From NCBI RefSeq assembly GCF_006345805.1, contig NC_043010.1, positions 49,228,001 to 49,292,000 on the forward strand: a stretch of 64,000 bases of DNA. The letters run 5' to 3'. Below, one piece after another: positions 26,831-40,724 of this stretch (position 1 is the first letter of the stretch; each line of letters opens with the position of its first letter). This DNA comes from Octopus sinensis. Taxonomy: Eukaryota. The position numbers and the translations under genes are program-made. The notes under the pieces are model-generated. The model searched no databases and had not been told where the DNA came from. It saw nothing but the letters and a program-made list of their open reading frames with translations.

Positions 26831-28139
26831 CCTACTGCTTTGAGGAGGGGTTGGACTTTAGGGTAGGCAGGCTGTCGTTGTTTGCTTTTAGATCAGCATT
26901 GATCAAGGAGATCTCTGATCAAAAACATTCCAGCCATAACCATCTCATCATGTTTTTTTTTTCTTTTTTTGCTTAATAGGGCTATCTAATACTACATTAT
27001 CTAACTTGTGTTCTTCCTCACTTCTGTGTGTTTTTTTTTTTTCTTTTGAAAATGGTGGGATGCATTTTGAGGGCTGGCACATTTAATTGTTATTTCTGTT
27101 GGATCAAGCTATGACATAGCAACTCCCATATTCCTTATGTGATTTCCCCAAAGCTATTTTATCATCACCACCACCATCATCATCATCATTGTTTTAACAG
27201 CAGCTTTACTCTTTATTGTTATCATTAGTAGTGGGTACATCTGCAAAAGACCCTCTTCTGATCCACATCGCAATACTGCATCTCAATATCTGAAAAGCCA
27301 AACAATATCTAAAATCTTCCCTAGAGGACTTACTTCAGTCCTCAAACACTTTCTTTCTTGGCTCTTGGGTGTTTTTAATGGAATCTGTCTTTTGGCCAGC
27401 ATTTAAACCAGGTCTGCCAACTAAGAATAAAATATATTGCTTCCAGCTTCACCAAGCCATGAGTCATGGTTCCTTCCTCCCTTTCGCTCTCTATCAGTCT
27501 CAGAAGCCATGCCAAAGATCATGAACATTGCCCTTCCCTCTATGACTAAGTACTAAAAAAAAAAAAATAGAACTTACTTCATCCAGTACTCACATTAATA
27601 AGTATCCTATAGGTGTGGGTATGGCTGTGTGCTTAAGAAATTTGCTTAACAACCATCTAATTTCAGGATTTACTTTCACTATCTGGTGACTTGGAAACAG
27701 GTGAAGGTTAGTGATAGGAAGAGCATCTGGCCCTAGAAAATCTATAGCAACAGATTCCATGGAAAGTGTATGTTAAAATGATGATAATGATGATGATGGT
27801 GATGGTGGTGGTGTTGATGATAATGAAGAGGAGAAGGAGGAAGAATAAGAATTAAAATTAGGATAGTTTTAAAACTTTTAAGCTTGGGGTCAGAGCATTG
27901 TATGGACACAAACTCTATTTTGTTTGTTTTGCTTTGTTTTTATTTCTTTTCCATGCTTGCATGGATCAAATGGAATTCATTGAGGCAGGCTTTTTAAAGT
28001 TCAGTGCTCTTCCTATTGTCAACCCACATCTGTTTTTAAGCAAGTTAATCTTTCCCCTTTGTCCAGACATATTTTAAACAAAAGATTCAAAACACGCAAC
28101 ACAATTTGTATGATAGTACTTGGTAGAATTATGTATAAT

Positions 28140-28755
28140 AGGATTTGGTAGATGGAAACTGAAAGAAGCCTGTCGTATATATGTATATGTATATATGTAT
28201 GCGTGTGTGAATATGTTTGTGTGTCTGTGTTTGTCCCTCCAACATCGCTTGACAACCGATGCTTGTGTGTTTACGTCCCCATAACTTAGCAGTTCAGCAA
28301 AAGAGACCAATAGAATAAGTACTAGACTTACAAAAAATAAGTCCTGGGGTCGATTTGCTCGACTAAAAAGGCAGTGCTCCAGCATGGCCACAGTCAAATG
28401 ACTGAAACAAGTAAAAGATTTTTTTTATAGTAATGTTTGCTTATAATTAGCATATGACATTAAGTCAAGGAGACACATACATACAAACACATTCACACTT
28501 ACCACATATTCATGCAAACACACATGTATATATACATTTTTACCCTTTTATTTGTTTCAGTCATTTGACTGTGGCCATGCTGGAGCACCGCCTTTAGTCG
28601 AGCAAATCAACCCCAGGACTTATTCTTTGGAAGCCTGGTACTTATTCTATCGGTCTCCTATTCCGAACCGCTAAGTTACGGGGACATAAACACACCAGCA
28701 TTGGTTGTCAAGCGATGTTGGGGGCACGAACAGACACACACACATATACACACAC

Positions 28756-28840
<85 letters not shown>

Positions 28841-28958
28841 TATGGTGGGCTTCTTTCAGTTTCTGTCTACCAAATCCACTCACAAGGCTTTGGTCGGCCC
28901 GAGGCTATAGTAGAAGACACTTGTCCAAGGTACCACACAGTGGGACTGAACCTGGAAC
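28140..28958. mobile_element. Two SINE family A copies in opposite orientation
   Basis: Plus 3' half at 28140-28420; minus copy at 28545-28958 with an expanded (TA)n. Confidence 0.85.
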
Positions 28959-29559
28959 CATAGTAATAATAACAATAATCCTTGGCTGGAATTTATAAAT
29001 ATTTTAATGCATTGCTACACACATTTCAACAAATCACATGTCTCTTAGGATCGCAGTTCATGATGATTGCAGTGTAGTCCATAATATCCATGGGCATCAG
29101 GTGGATCATCTTCATGGATTCATTTCTTCAGGCGATTTAGCATGAATGGATGTTTAACTGAGGGTTGTTTATCCCTTTTGACCGGTGAAAAGGTTGATTG
29201 AGTACTATATTTAAACTACATTATATTGGTACAGCACGATGCAACCCCCAAAAACTGGTTCACCCATCAGCATCATTAGACTGTGGACAGCATAATGGAA
29301 TGGGAACTTTATTTGCATATTGAAAACATTTACATAAATACTTGTGTGTCTGTGTTTGTCCCTCAACATCGCTTGACAACTGATGGTGGTGTGTTTATGT
29401 CCCCGTAACTTAGCGGTTCGGCAAAAGAGACTGATAGAATAAGTACTAGGCTTCCAAAGAATAAGTCCTGGTGTTGATTTGCTCGACTAAAGGTGGTGCT
29501 CCAGTATGGCTGTATTCAAATGGCTGAAACAAGTAAAAGAGTAAACAAATTTAAAATAT

Positions 29560-30560
29560 ATATATATATCAATATAAAAATGGAACAAAAATGCAATATA
29601 GGGCATTAAAACATTTGGACAGATAGACAACAGAAACAACAATTAGAAGGACAGGCAAAAAAAGACAAGACATTCTTGGCTTTCTTTCTTCAGTCAAGTA
29701 CCAGAAGTCACGACTATTTCGGACAGTTACACTTGAGATGGTTTAGAGATGTCCCCAAAAAAGTCTAAGCTAAGAGCATTAGACCCCTTTGTAAGAAAGC
29801 TAGCGAATGTGTATGGCAGCAAAGACAAAAAAAAAATCAATCAAAAAACAGAGAACATGTTACAGAATTATGAATACAAACAACAAGAAATAACAACGGG
29901 TGTCTTTTGACTGAGAACAATTCAAATGAGCTGGCATGTATGGAGTGAAAGCATAAAGGAAGGAACATGGGAGATGGACACAAGATGTGTTGACGGTTGG
30001 CAGTCAGGCCAAGAAAGAATGATCATGGCTGGCCGGACACTGGTCACGTGGAAGGAGGAGAAATGGGTAGGGGACAGTGGGATTAAAGGATAAGAAAAAA
30101 TCAGAAACAAAGTAAAAAGGATTAATGAATCCAGGTAGATATCTATAAAGCACTCAGTGTTAAACAAATTTGGTTACCTATATCAAACAACCAGATACCA
30201 ATAAATGCCAATTGCTTGGGAAAATTTCAATAAATTCAGAGTATAAGACAACAAGAATAGAAATGGAATAACTTCTGAGGAAAACTTACTTAACATTAAC
30301 CTACTTGTGAAGGACATGGTTGAAAATTTACAAGTGAACAATTGAACTGAATCTTAACACACCCAAAACATCGAAAATTAACTTAAATAAATCATTAACC
30401 TCACTTTAACACTAATCCATGAGTTAGGCTAGTTTGACCCATCTAAATCAGATATTGGTAAGATTAGTAAATTTATTATTCCTAAGTGCATTCTTAAGTT
30501 TAGACAGTAAGAAGGGCTTCCAACTGAAGAAACCTTGTCAAAACAGACGCTGAAGTTTAA
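29560..30560 (-). mobile_element. Decayed Penelope-like element 3' part with terminal repeat
   Basis: (TA)-bounded, pyrimidine-rich 3' UTR on minus, HHR-like motif at 29.7 kb, and a weak endonuclease-tail-like stretch (TECFIDIY). Confidence 0.5.
29680..29742 (-). ncRNA. Candidate non-circularly permuted hammerhead (decayed stem II)
   Basis: Order ACC-AUC-UCAAGU ... GAA-AUAGU ... ACUUGA-CUGAAGA; stem I 6 bp, stem III 4 of 5 pairs. Confidence 0.5.
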
Positions 30561-31084
30561 CACAGCTTTCTGACCTGTTGGATCTTGACAAACCATCCAT
30601 CACATGCCAGCATGGAATATGGACACTGCACAAAAACGACAACAACTACCACCACCACCACCACCACCACCATCACAACTGTTGCTTCTGCTCCTCTGAG
30701 CTGGCTTTCTCATAATGTCTCCATTGAGACACAACTGACTCATTCCTCTCTCTTATCGTCATTCATACTATATCCACCCTTTTCCAAGGCTTCTGGCTCT
30801 ACATTATAACTGCAACCTGCACTCCATTTCCAGAACACCACTTCCCTAGCAATTCCCTCTCTCAGTACATGTTTTTCCTACCAGGTGCGGGTCTCATCAA
30901 TCTTGACTTTGACTTTCCTGTCCCATTTCACCCCGTTTCAGCCTTTCTCATCAGTTGACATTGCACGTGCCATTGGCAGATCTTTATTGTTGTTCTTATA
31001 ATGTTTATATAACACTTCTGGAAAGTAGGCTGGGCGTAGTGGATAATCTGCAAGTCATTCACACAAACGTGTGTGTGTGTGCAT

Positions 31085-31124
<40 letters not shown>

Positions 31125-31287
31125 ACACGCGTATATATATATATATATTATATATACACACATACACGTATATATATATTTCTACATATATATATATACA
31201 CACACACATACATATAAACACATACACATACACTCACACGTGTAATTATATACATACACATATACATATATACACATACACACACAC

Positions 31288-31328
<41 letters not shown>

Positions 31329-31663
31329 AGCACACACACACACATGTATATGCATATTTATATACACACACACTCACACACATATATATGATATACATAT
31401 ATAGATAGATATTTACATACATAGATCTATTTATAACTATACATACACATGCATGTGTGTGTATGTGTACACATATGTATGTACATACATGTGTGTTTGT
31501 GTGTATAAATAGGTAAATAAATCTTAAGAAGACAGACATATGTTTAATCATGAGAGTAAGGTTAGCTGGTATATAATACATTAGTGGAAGAGTGGGGGGG
31601 CAGAAGAGGGAGAAGGTAGGAAGAAAAAAGAACCAAAGAAAATGAAGATGTGCTCTCATTTGG

Positions 31664-31698
<35 letters not shown>

Positions 31699-32086
31699 TA
31701 TATATGTATGTATGTAAGTATGTATGTATATATGTATATGTAAGTATGTATGTATATTATAGTATATATATATATATATATATGTAATCTAGTGAACTAC
31801 TGTGGCCTAGTTTCTTTGATGTAACTTGATCATACACTGAGACCGACCTACCTACCTACCTACCTTACCTTACCTAATTTTCCAGCTCTTTGAATTACAT
31901 CTGACAATACTGCTTCATCCTGCAACCACTCCTCACAGGCTTAATCTGAATTCCATCCTAAAAATTATGTTTATGTTTACATATCTAAGAATACTCTGTT
32001 GAAGCTAACTGACTACTCTGCAGTAAATAAATATTAATAAATTGGCGCAGAGACACACATGCATCTAGACACGTACGCACATTCAC

Positions 32087-32128
<42 letters not shown>

Positions 32129-32686
32129 TCTTGCAACTTGTTGATGTCCACACTTCTTTCTGATTTCAAACAGACAACAGAATATTGTCAGTGCTTGGCT
32201 TTCCTCACCCTAAACACTTGTTGCAATAATTTGGATCTTAATTTATTGATCCCCACCTCTGTTCCAACTCCAGCTTACCCCCTTCTCACCTTCACCTTCG
32301 TGGCTCTACCTCCTTCTTCCTGCTTCTGTCACTATTACCTCTTCCTGCTGTCACCATCACCTGTCAATGAGGGAACCTCTACACGGTCGTTTTGTCTGCT
32401 TGATCTAGCAGACAAACATCTTTCAAATCACCTATTTCACCTACATCTATTGCTTCCTCCCTCACCATCATCATCTCTTCCCCCATCGCCTACTCCTCTA
32501 CCCCCATCACCTCCATACACCCCCCCCCCCCGTTCCTCCCATTGTCTTTGAATAACATAGCAGGTAACATAATCCTGAATTATCTGCACATAGAAAGAAT
32601 TTGAGATGATTGGTCACAGCAAGATTGCCTACAGATCATAAGCCTGTTCAATCAAGTTGACACATATATATATATATATATCTCAA

Positions 32687-35288
32687 TCATATTTGCCAGT
32701 GTATTAATAGCACTTTTATTCTGATGGGAAAATCCAGGTAAAGCAGGGTGTGGTTTATACACAAGTACAAGGAAAAGTCAGTCTAAAAACCCAAACATTA
32801 CTTCATGTAATTATCTAAGATTCACATGGTTCTAGCTCCCCTTACAATTCTTGCCATTAAAACTAGTAAAAAAAAAACTGTTTAAATATTATTATGTCAG
32901 TGTCATCATCCATTTTGTTCATCATACGGTCTTATTTCAAGTCATGTGCTGGTGTCATCTCAATCGAAGCCTTCGCTTCGATGGTGTTGCAGCCCTGAGA
33001 AGAGGGACATGTGCTGGTAGAAAAGTAGCAAGAATTTCTGTAAAGACTTACCTGTTGTCTGACAAATGCACTATGATTGACAGCTGATCGCAATCTCCAC
33101 TCACTCTCTGATTTACCACGAATTACCTACGAGTTTGGAAATCCCCAGGTCTACGATGTAAAGAACTATTGTTCAGTGACCCGGATGTATGACTTATCTC
33201 ACTGTATTGGGAAACAAGAGAGAGAGAGAGAGCTGTGATTTATTCTTGAATGTGATTGATGAAATGTATTTTCGAGGTAACAAGTAAATGAAAAATGGAA
33301 TATGAAAAATTATTTGATATAAGGGGAGATAAGTGCATTCATTCAGAATCATCTTGAACAGGGAAAGGTAAGTTTCATTGCCATCACAAATGCTACAAAG
33401 GAATACAAATCAAGTCAACTAGAATTTCATTACCGTACCTTAAAGTACTGACAAGTGCACTGGTTTGTTTGTTTTTTGTAAAATATCTATGTAAATACGT
33501 AAAGAAAATGATAACGATCAAAGGAAGCTTTCAAGCTAGATCCTGTTGTTTGGACAGTAATTAGTTTTACTGACTCATCTACTCTGCTCTTCAAGTTCCA
33601 CGTGACTCATCTACTTCGCTCTTCAAGTTCAACAACGGTCAAGTCATCATACTGTGATGAGCATTCACAGCTACCTTCAAGCTCTCAACTTCCAGGTTTG
33701 CTGAGGAGGTTGGAAACCGTGCAGTGGGTTGTCCACTTTGGAGTTGATGAACCTGTTGTCTGATGATGGGGCTCCAATAAGGCCACAATCGAGTCAATGC
33801 CCAAGAAGAAGAAAGTGATGAGGGGCAAGATGGCACAGTGGCTGGAATTAGAGGAGAGGCTTCTTGGATGGGTGAAGGAGAAGAGGGTGGCGGGACTAGC
33901 AATGTCGACACTCAACCTTTGAATTGAGGCCAAGAAGATAGCCAAAGACATTGGCATCAGAGACTTCTGTTCCAGCACATCATGGGCTTTCTGGTTTATG
34001 TGCAGGCATGATCTGTCCATCAGGTGTCGCACCCACATTGCACAGTGGCGATGAGAAGACTGAGAGGTTCCAACAGTTTATCATCAACCTGTGTAAACAG
34101 CATCAATACCCTCTTAGCCGCATCAGCAATGCAGACCAGACTCCCCTCATGTTCGATCTTCTGATAGCGAGAACTGTTGCTGAGGAGGGGGAGAAGACAG
34201 TGGAAACTATCACGATGGGTCATGAGAAGGACTGTTTTACAGTGATGCTGACTTGAATGGCTGATGGAGGAAAGCTGCCACCATACATCGTCTTCAAGAG
34301 GAAGACACTACCCAAAGATACCAAGTTTCCAGAAGGGGTCATTGTTCGAGTCAAAGCAAAAGGTTGGATGGACCAGGCACTCATCGAAGACTGGTTTCAG
34401 GCAGTGTGGGGGCAGCACATCAGTGGACTGCATCAGAGAAGGAGTCTCCTGGTTCTGAACACATTCCGATGCCACAAGTCAGAAGAAACCAAGGTGAAGA
34501 TACATTGACTGAACATCGATGTGGCAATGATCCCCAGGGGAATGACATCTCTTCTTCAACCCTTGATATTGCAATCAACAAACAGTTTAAAGATCGTCTC
34601 AAGTACCACTGAGAGGACTGGATGGCCAATGCACTGAAGGAGATGACAAAGACCAGGCGCATGAAGAAAGTTGACTTGGGGACGATCTGCGAGTGGATCT
34701 TGAAGGCCTGGGAGGAGATTCCAGAAGACGTCATCAAACAGGCTTTCCTGAAGTGCTGCATACCCAATGCACTTGACAGCACAGAAGATGACATCTTATG
34801 GGAAAACGATGCCATCTCTCCTGACTCTTTTGACTCCAGTGATGACGAGGATGAATGTATGATCAACTCTATGTGGTCTTCAATGGGTCGTCTGATGATA
34901 AAGAGTTCTTAGGCTTTGAGTGAAGTCTCTACACAGTAGGGTTGGTCCTTTTCAGGTCCACACATTTTCAAGAACAAATATAAAGACCACAATATGAATA
35001 AATCATATAAACACAGATAATAAAAAAAAACATTCTCTTATTATCTCTTGCATTTAAAACCTGGACTTTATCTTCTTCCATTAATAATTATGAATATCAA
35101 TGATTGCAGTCAGAAATGTTTGTTAAGTAAGAAATCATCATGAAATTGAAGTTTGTATTATCCCACATTTCTCCCTTTTCATTAGACCCAGTTATTTCCT
35201 GGTTTACTCCACGTTTTTCCCCCATCAGGGACCGAAAACTGGGGTTGTGGCTTATACACAGATGCTGTTTATACACCAGCAAATACGG
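32687..35288 (+). mobile_element. Full-length fossil pogo-family DNA transposon
   Basis: Left TIR remnant TCATATTTGCCAGTGTATT; right TIR ...ATACACCAGCAAATACGG followed by TA; subterminal GGCTTATACAC-type repeats; transposase inside. Confidence 0.85.
33500..34912 (+). pseudogene. pogo (CENP-B/DDE_1) transposase pseudogene
   Basis: HTH region W..LEERLLGWV; catalytic motifs NADQTP, LNTFRCH (D to N), QPLDIAIN; GWMD; acidic tail; multiple stops and frameshifts. Confidence 0.9.
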
Positions 35289-35296
35289 TATATGTG

Positions 35297-35299
<3 letters not shown>

Positions 35300-35339
<40 letters not shown>

Positions 35340-35417
35340 ATGTATATATATATATATATACACACACTCATATATATATACATGTATATATGTATATATA
35401 TAATATATATATATAAT

Positions 35418-35472
<55 letters not shown>

Positions 35473-35484
35473 TATATATATATA

Positions 35485-35552
<68 letters not shown>
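35300..35552. repeat. (TA)n-rich microsatellite
   Basis: Direct observation. Confidence 0.95.
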
Positions 35553-35557
<5 letters not shown>

Positions 35558-35649
35558 CACACATACACGTTACTCCATTCTCTTTGTTTATATTTATATA
35601 AACTCTACTGATGTGTATAAATTTTCAGATATATTTTCAGATATATCTT

Positions 35650-35962
35650 GCAACTTACTTGGTGATCCTGCAGGTGCTGGTGCCATGCAAAAACCATCCC
35701 GTCCAGACAGTAAAGTGGTTGGCATTTGGAAGGGCATCCAGCTGTAAAAATCATGCCAAAACTACCCTCGCCTATGCTAGTGCCATGTAAAAAGCACTGA
35801 GTCCACTCTGTGGAATGGTTGGTGCTAGGAAGGGCATCCAACCATAAAAACCCTGCTGAAGCAGACACAATAGCCTGGGGTAGTCTTCTACCTGGTTTAC
35901 TCCTGTTAACTGTCCTACCCATGCATGCATGGAAGATGGATGTTAAATGATGATGATCATCA
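35650..35962 (+). mobile_element. Family C retroposon with (GAT)n tail
   Basis: Two GGAAGGGCATCC motifs, ending GGATGTTAAATGATGATGAT. Confidence 0.7.
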
Positions 35963-36289
35963 TCAGTGAAATGATCCACGGCAAACACAGGTGTGAGAAC
36001 AACAAGCAATGTATTAGTTTGATGCTTGGGAATAACAGGAAAGTCTTTGACATTTCGAGCCTATGCTCATCTATAGAAAGGGATGAGAGCGAAAAAATGG
36101 AGAGAGGAAAAAAATATGTCTGGATTAACGGCTTAACATGATGAAAGATTCAATTATACAGAAAATAAAAGACAAAGACGGGTGAAGGAACAACAAGGAG
36201 GTGTATGGAAAAGTCATTGATATATATATATATATACACATACACACACACATATATGCATACATATATGGAGGAGACTGTTTTGGTCA

Positions 36290-36592
36290 CGAATGACCAT
36301 GGGATTGCACTTAGAAAGTGCCTTGGAGGGGAAGGTTGTTTTATTTTCTGCATGTTACCCATGCATATCAGTCTCCTGTCTCCATGCCACTGGTGTTATC
36401 CAAGGGAAAGGCAAAGGCTGATACAGCTTGGCACCTGGGACGTCGCAACTCATTTCTACAGCTGAGTGAACTGGAGCAACATGAAATAAAGTGTCTTGCT
36501 CAAGAACACAACACACAGCCCAGTCCAGGAATTGAACTCACAGCCTCATGATCGTAAGCCTAATGCTCTAACCACTGAGTCATTCACCTTCA
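36290..36592 (-). mobile_element. SINE family D
   Basis: Homologous to 2040-2355. Confidence 0.75.
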
Positions 36593-37080
36593 CTACATAC
36601 ACATACACACATCATCATCATCATCATCATACATACATAAACACACATACATATATCATCATCATCAACAGATATACATACATACATAGATACATAAACA
36701 CACATACATATATCATCATCATCAACAGATATACATACATACATAGATACATACATACATTGATACATACATACTTACATCTATACATACACACAAACAC
36801 ACACACACGTGTGTGTGTGTGTGTGTGCACATGTGCATGCATTTTTGCATCATGCAGGTGCGTTTAGGAAAAATGTTCTTGATGCCACTGCTAATAGCTA
36901 TTGATTGATATTTTATGAACCCTTATCACTTGTAAAGGGGTGATTTAATGAACTACACATCTGTGAAGCACTCACTCATACACAGGCACGTACTTATTAT
37001 GAAATGCCTGTTCCTTTGAAAAAAATTTATAGGCAAGAAATGGAATTATATATCTGTAAGCTAGTCCTCACCAATAAATT

Positions 37081-37490
37081 TACATACACACACATACATA
37101 CACACATCCATACGTACATGCATACATACATACAAACATACATACATACATTCATGCATACATACATACATACATACAAACATACATACACACACACATA
37201 TGCATGCATACATACAAACATACATACATACATACATACATACAAACATACATACATACATACACACACACACATATGCATGCCTGCATGCATGCATACA
37301 TACATACACACACACATATACATGCATGCATGCATACATACATACATATATACATACACACATATGCATACATACATACATACATATATACATACACACA
37401 TATGCATACATACATACATACATACATACATACATACATACATACATACATACATACATACATACATACATACATTCATTCATTTACTCA
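37081..37490. repeat. (TACA)n/(TGCA)n compound microsatellite
   Basis: Direct observation. Confidence 0.95.
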
Positions 37491-37917
37491 TTCAGGCATT
37501 CATACTTACTTAGTTGAAGAGACTCATGCCAAGGGCCTCATTTCCTATGAAGTTAGGAGCTGCCGCAGTTTACCAGCAAAATCGAGCTACTATTTCCTGC
37601 ACCAATGCTATCAGGCAAGTATAAGGGAGCAACTGAGGGACCTGATCAGAAACCAAAAGAGGAAGTGACAATAGGTGAGTTAGAGGGAGATTTTAGAAGC
37701 CTCTTTTGGACTGAAGGATTCAGCTAGAATGGACATGCAGTTAAAGTCTCTGTGTATTCTAGCTTCTGGCCAATAATTGAGATAGTGAGGGCCTCCTCAA
37801 GTTCCCTTCAAACTCATTCCCAGAGGTAGAGGTATGAGAATTTTTATCCTTTATACTACAGCCTGCATACTTTTTCCTGAGTGCAGAAGCAAGGACTGAA
37901 GTAGTTTTTGCCTACAG

Positions 37918-38250
37918 CAGTGCTTCTCAACTGGGATCCATATGACCTCTTGTGGCTCATATAAGATTTAGCAGGACCCATATTAGCAAAATAGTAAATT
38001 GGGTCCATAGTAGTATTTTGTGGGTCCATGGCAAAATTTTGCTTCAGATGTATTACAAGAAACAGCTAAATTCCCATCTCAAATTTTTACATAGTTCAGC
38101 CTACACATGTGAATATGTGATAAACGAAATAAGAATTTTGTAAGAAGTATCTTTAAATCTAGTTTTTAAACAACAAATGGCTTGTGGGGCCCACCTGAAT
38201 AAAATAGTAACCAAAGGGGTCCCTAGAAAGAAAATGGTTGAGAATAACTG
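37918..38250. mobile_element. hAT-type MITE
   Basis: TIRs CAGTGCTTCTCAAC / GTTGAGAATAACTG; 8-bp TSD GCCTACAG / GCCTTCAG (7 of 8 match). Confidence 0.8.
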
Positions 38251-38896
38251 GCCTTCAGAAAGATTTTATCTGTGGTCATTTGCAAACCACATCCATCAAC
38301 TGGCCTCAACTTCCATGATGCTCACCTTAATGATATCCTTTCAGTAATTTGGGTTCCAAACAATTTTCTGCAGGAAATAGAACATCCATTTTGCTGGAAA
38401 ACTGTGACAGCTAATTTCAGTCGGGAATAAGGTTGGATCTCATCCATTGACAAGAATTTCACCAACCAAGTATGTGTGTTTGTTTGCATGTGTGTATATA
38501 TGCATGTATGTGTGTGTGTGTGTGTGTACACATGCATGTATGCATACATACATGCATGTATATACAGACATACATTTGTATGTATGTATATGTGTGTATG
38601 TTTGTGAGGAAATTTATTGGTGGGGATTACCATACAAAAATATGTGTGCACACATGTATGTACATACATACATGCATGCATGCATGCATGCATGCATGCA
38701 TCCATCCATCCATACATACATACATACATACATACATACATACATACATACATCATACATACATACATACATACGTTTGTATGTATATGTGTGTATGTTT
38801 GTGAGGAAATTTATTGGTGAGGATTAGAATACAAAAATATTATTCTGCTTCTAACCCAAGTCATTTTTTCAAAGGAACAAGCTCTCTATAATATAA

Positions 38897-38969
<73 letters not shown>

Positions 38970-39741
38970 TGCTTCACAGATGTTGTGTAGTTCATTAAAT
39001 CACCCCTTTACAAGTGGTAAGGGTTCATAAAATATCAATCAATAGCTATTAGCGGTGGCATCAAGAACATTCTTCCTAAATACACCTGCATGATGCATAA
39101 ATGCATGCACATGTGTACACTAACACACACACACACACAAATCCACAATTATTTTGACTACAATAAAAAAATTCGCTGTCTTTAACTACAGCAAGATGAT
39201 TAAAGATTGAAAGACAGTCATGTGGTGCAGATGATGTTTTGAATTCTACAGAATTCTGCAACTGTGTAACTTATTTACTGTTACAGTATCAACGCTCACC
39301 TAAAGCTTGCTACAAGAGATTTTGGCACAGCCACCTTGGCACTGTCCTTTTGGTGTCACCAATTCGAAACTCACATATTTGGCATATTTGTTTCTCTTGT
39401 TCTTCCCGCTTTCACTCTCAGTCTCTCCTTCTCACTCTCTCTCTCTCTCTCCTTCTTTTACTCTCTCTCACTCTCTCTGCCTGTTCCTGTTGCTATCTTC
39501 TCTGGTTCCAAAGAGCAAAGAGCTAATCAGTAGTGAGTAAAGAGCTTGAGTGCGTCACCCAGAGCAGCCCCCCTACTCCCCCCCCCCCATATATACAGGT
39601 TTATACAGTAGTGCTGCCCCCATAAAATACCACCCCTGCCCCATAAACATACCACTTCAATAAAAGTGTCACCTGGGATATGAGAACCCCATCACCGTCC
39701 TCACTTCTTGCTATGCTACTGAAGCTAATGAAACTCATAGT

Positions 39742-40025
39742 TTGTTCCTTCTCGAGCCACGCCTGGCTCATAAAGGCTGGTTTCCCGGTTTCCTTGGTGT
39801 ATAGGTTCCCCCACCTGGACAGGACACCAGTCTGTCGCAGGTGAGCTGCAAGATGCAGGAGGAAAGAGTGAGAGAAAGTTGTGGTGAAAGAGTCAGCAGA
39901 AGTTTGCCATTACGTTCTGCTGGAGCCACATGGAGCTTAGGTGTTTCGCTCATAAACACACACATCGCCTGGTCTGAGATTCGAACCCATGATCCCTCAA
40001 CTGCGAGTCCGCTGCTCTAACCACA
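39742..40025 (-). mobile_element. SINE family E
   Basis: High similarity to 15945-16240. Confidence 0.85.
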
Positions 40026-40724
40026 CAAAATTCATGGTAAGAATGCTAATCCTTTTAGAGTCAACTTTCGTCTTTCTGACACTGATAAAATCAGATATCA
40101 GTTGAATATTGGGGTCCATCAAATTGAAGCAAACTTTGATACTCTGTACCCATGTCAGAAATCAAATACACTGCTCCTTGAAGCAATGAGATATTCTCAT
40201 TTTGCGAAATCTACTTACATCTAGGTGGACTGAACTAAAGCGAGGTATATGTTTTGCGCAGGGACAGTCGTCGTTGTTGTTGTTGCTGTTGCTGCTGTTT
40301 AACTGCAGGTGACTATCATTGAGGAGAAACTTTCCAAAACTCATAACAATGCTGTACATTCCGTTTTGGGATTTGGTTTGCAAGATTCTTTATGTATTTA
40401 GAACAATACTAGAGGAGTATTTTTTGTCATGGACAAGTGAATTTTGGAAGAGGGGCCTTGCAAGTCTACCAGATAGATGAAAGAGCATTGTAGAAAATGA
40501 AGGAGAGTATAAAGAACTTTGTTTATCTTAATTTAGAAAACGAAGTATTAAAAAACTGCATTATTTATGAGATGGCTCAATATATATATATATATATATA
40601 TATAGAAAATAGTAAAAAGTGAAAAAACTACAGAAGGCTTGTTTTAAAAGGTTAAAAAATATATATTTGAGTCAATATGTCTGAAGAATGTTATCAATTT
40701 TTTTCTTACAATGACATAATTTAG

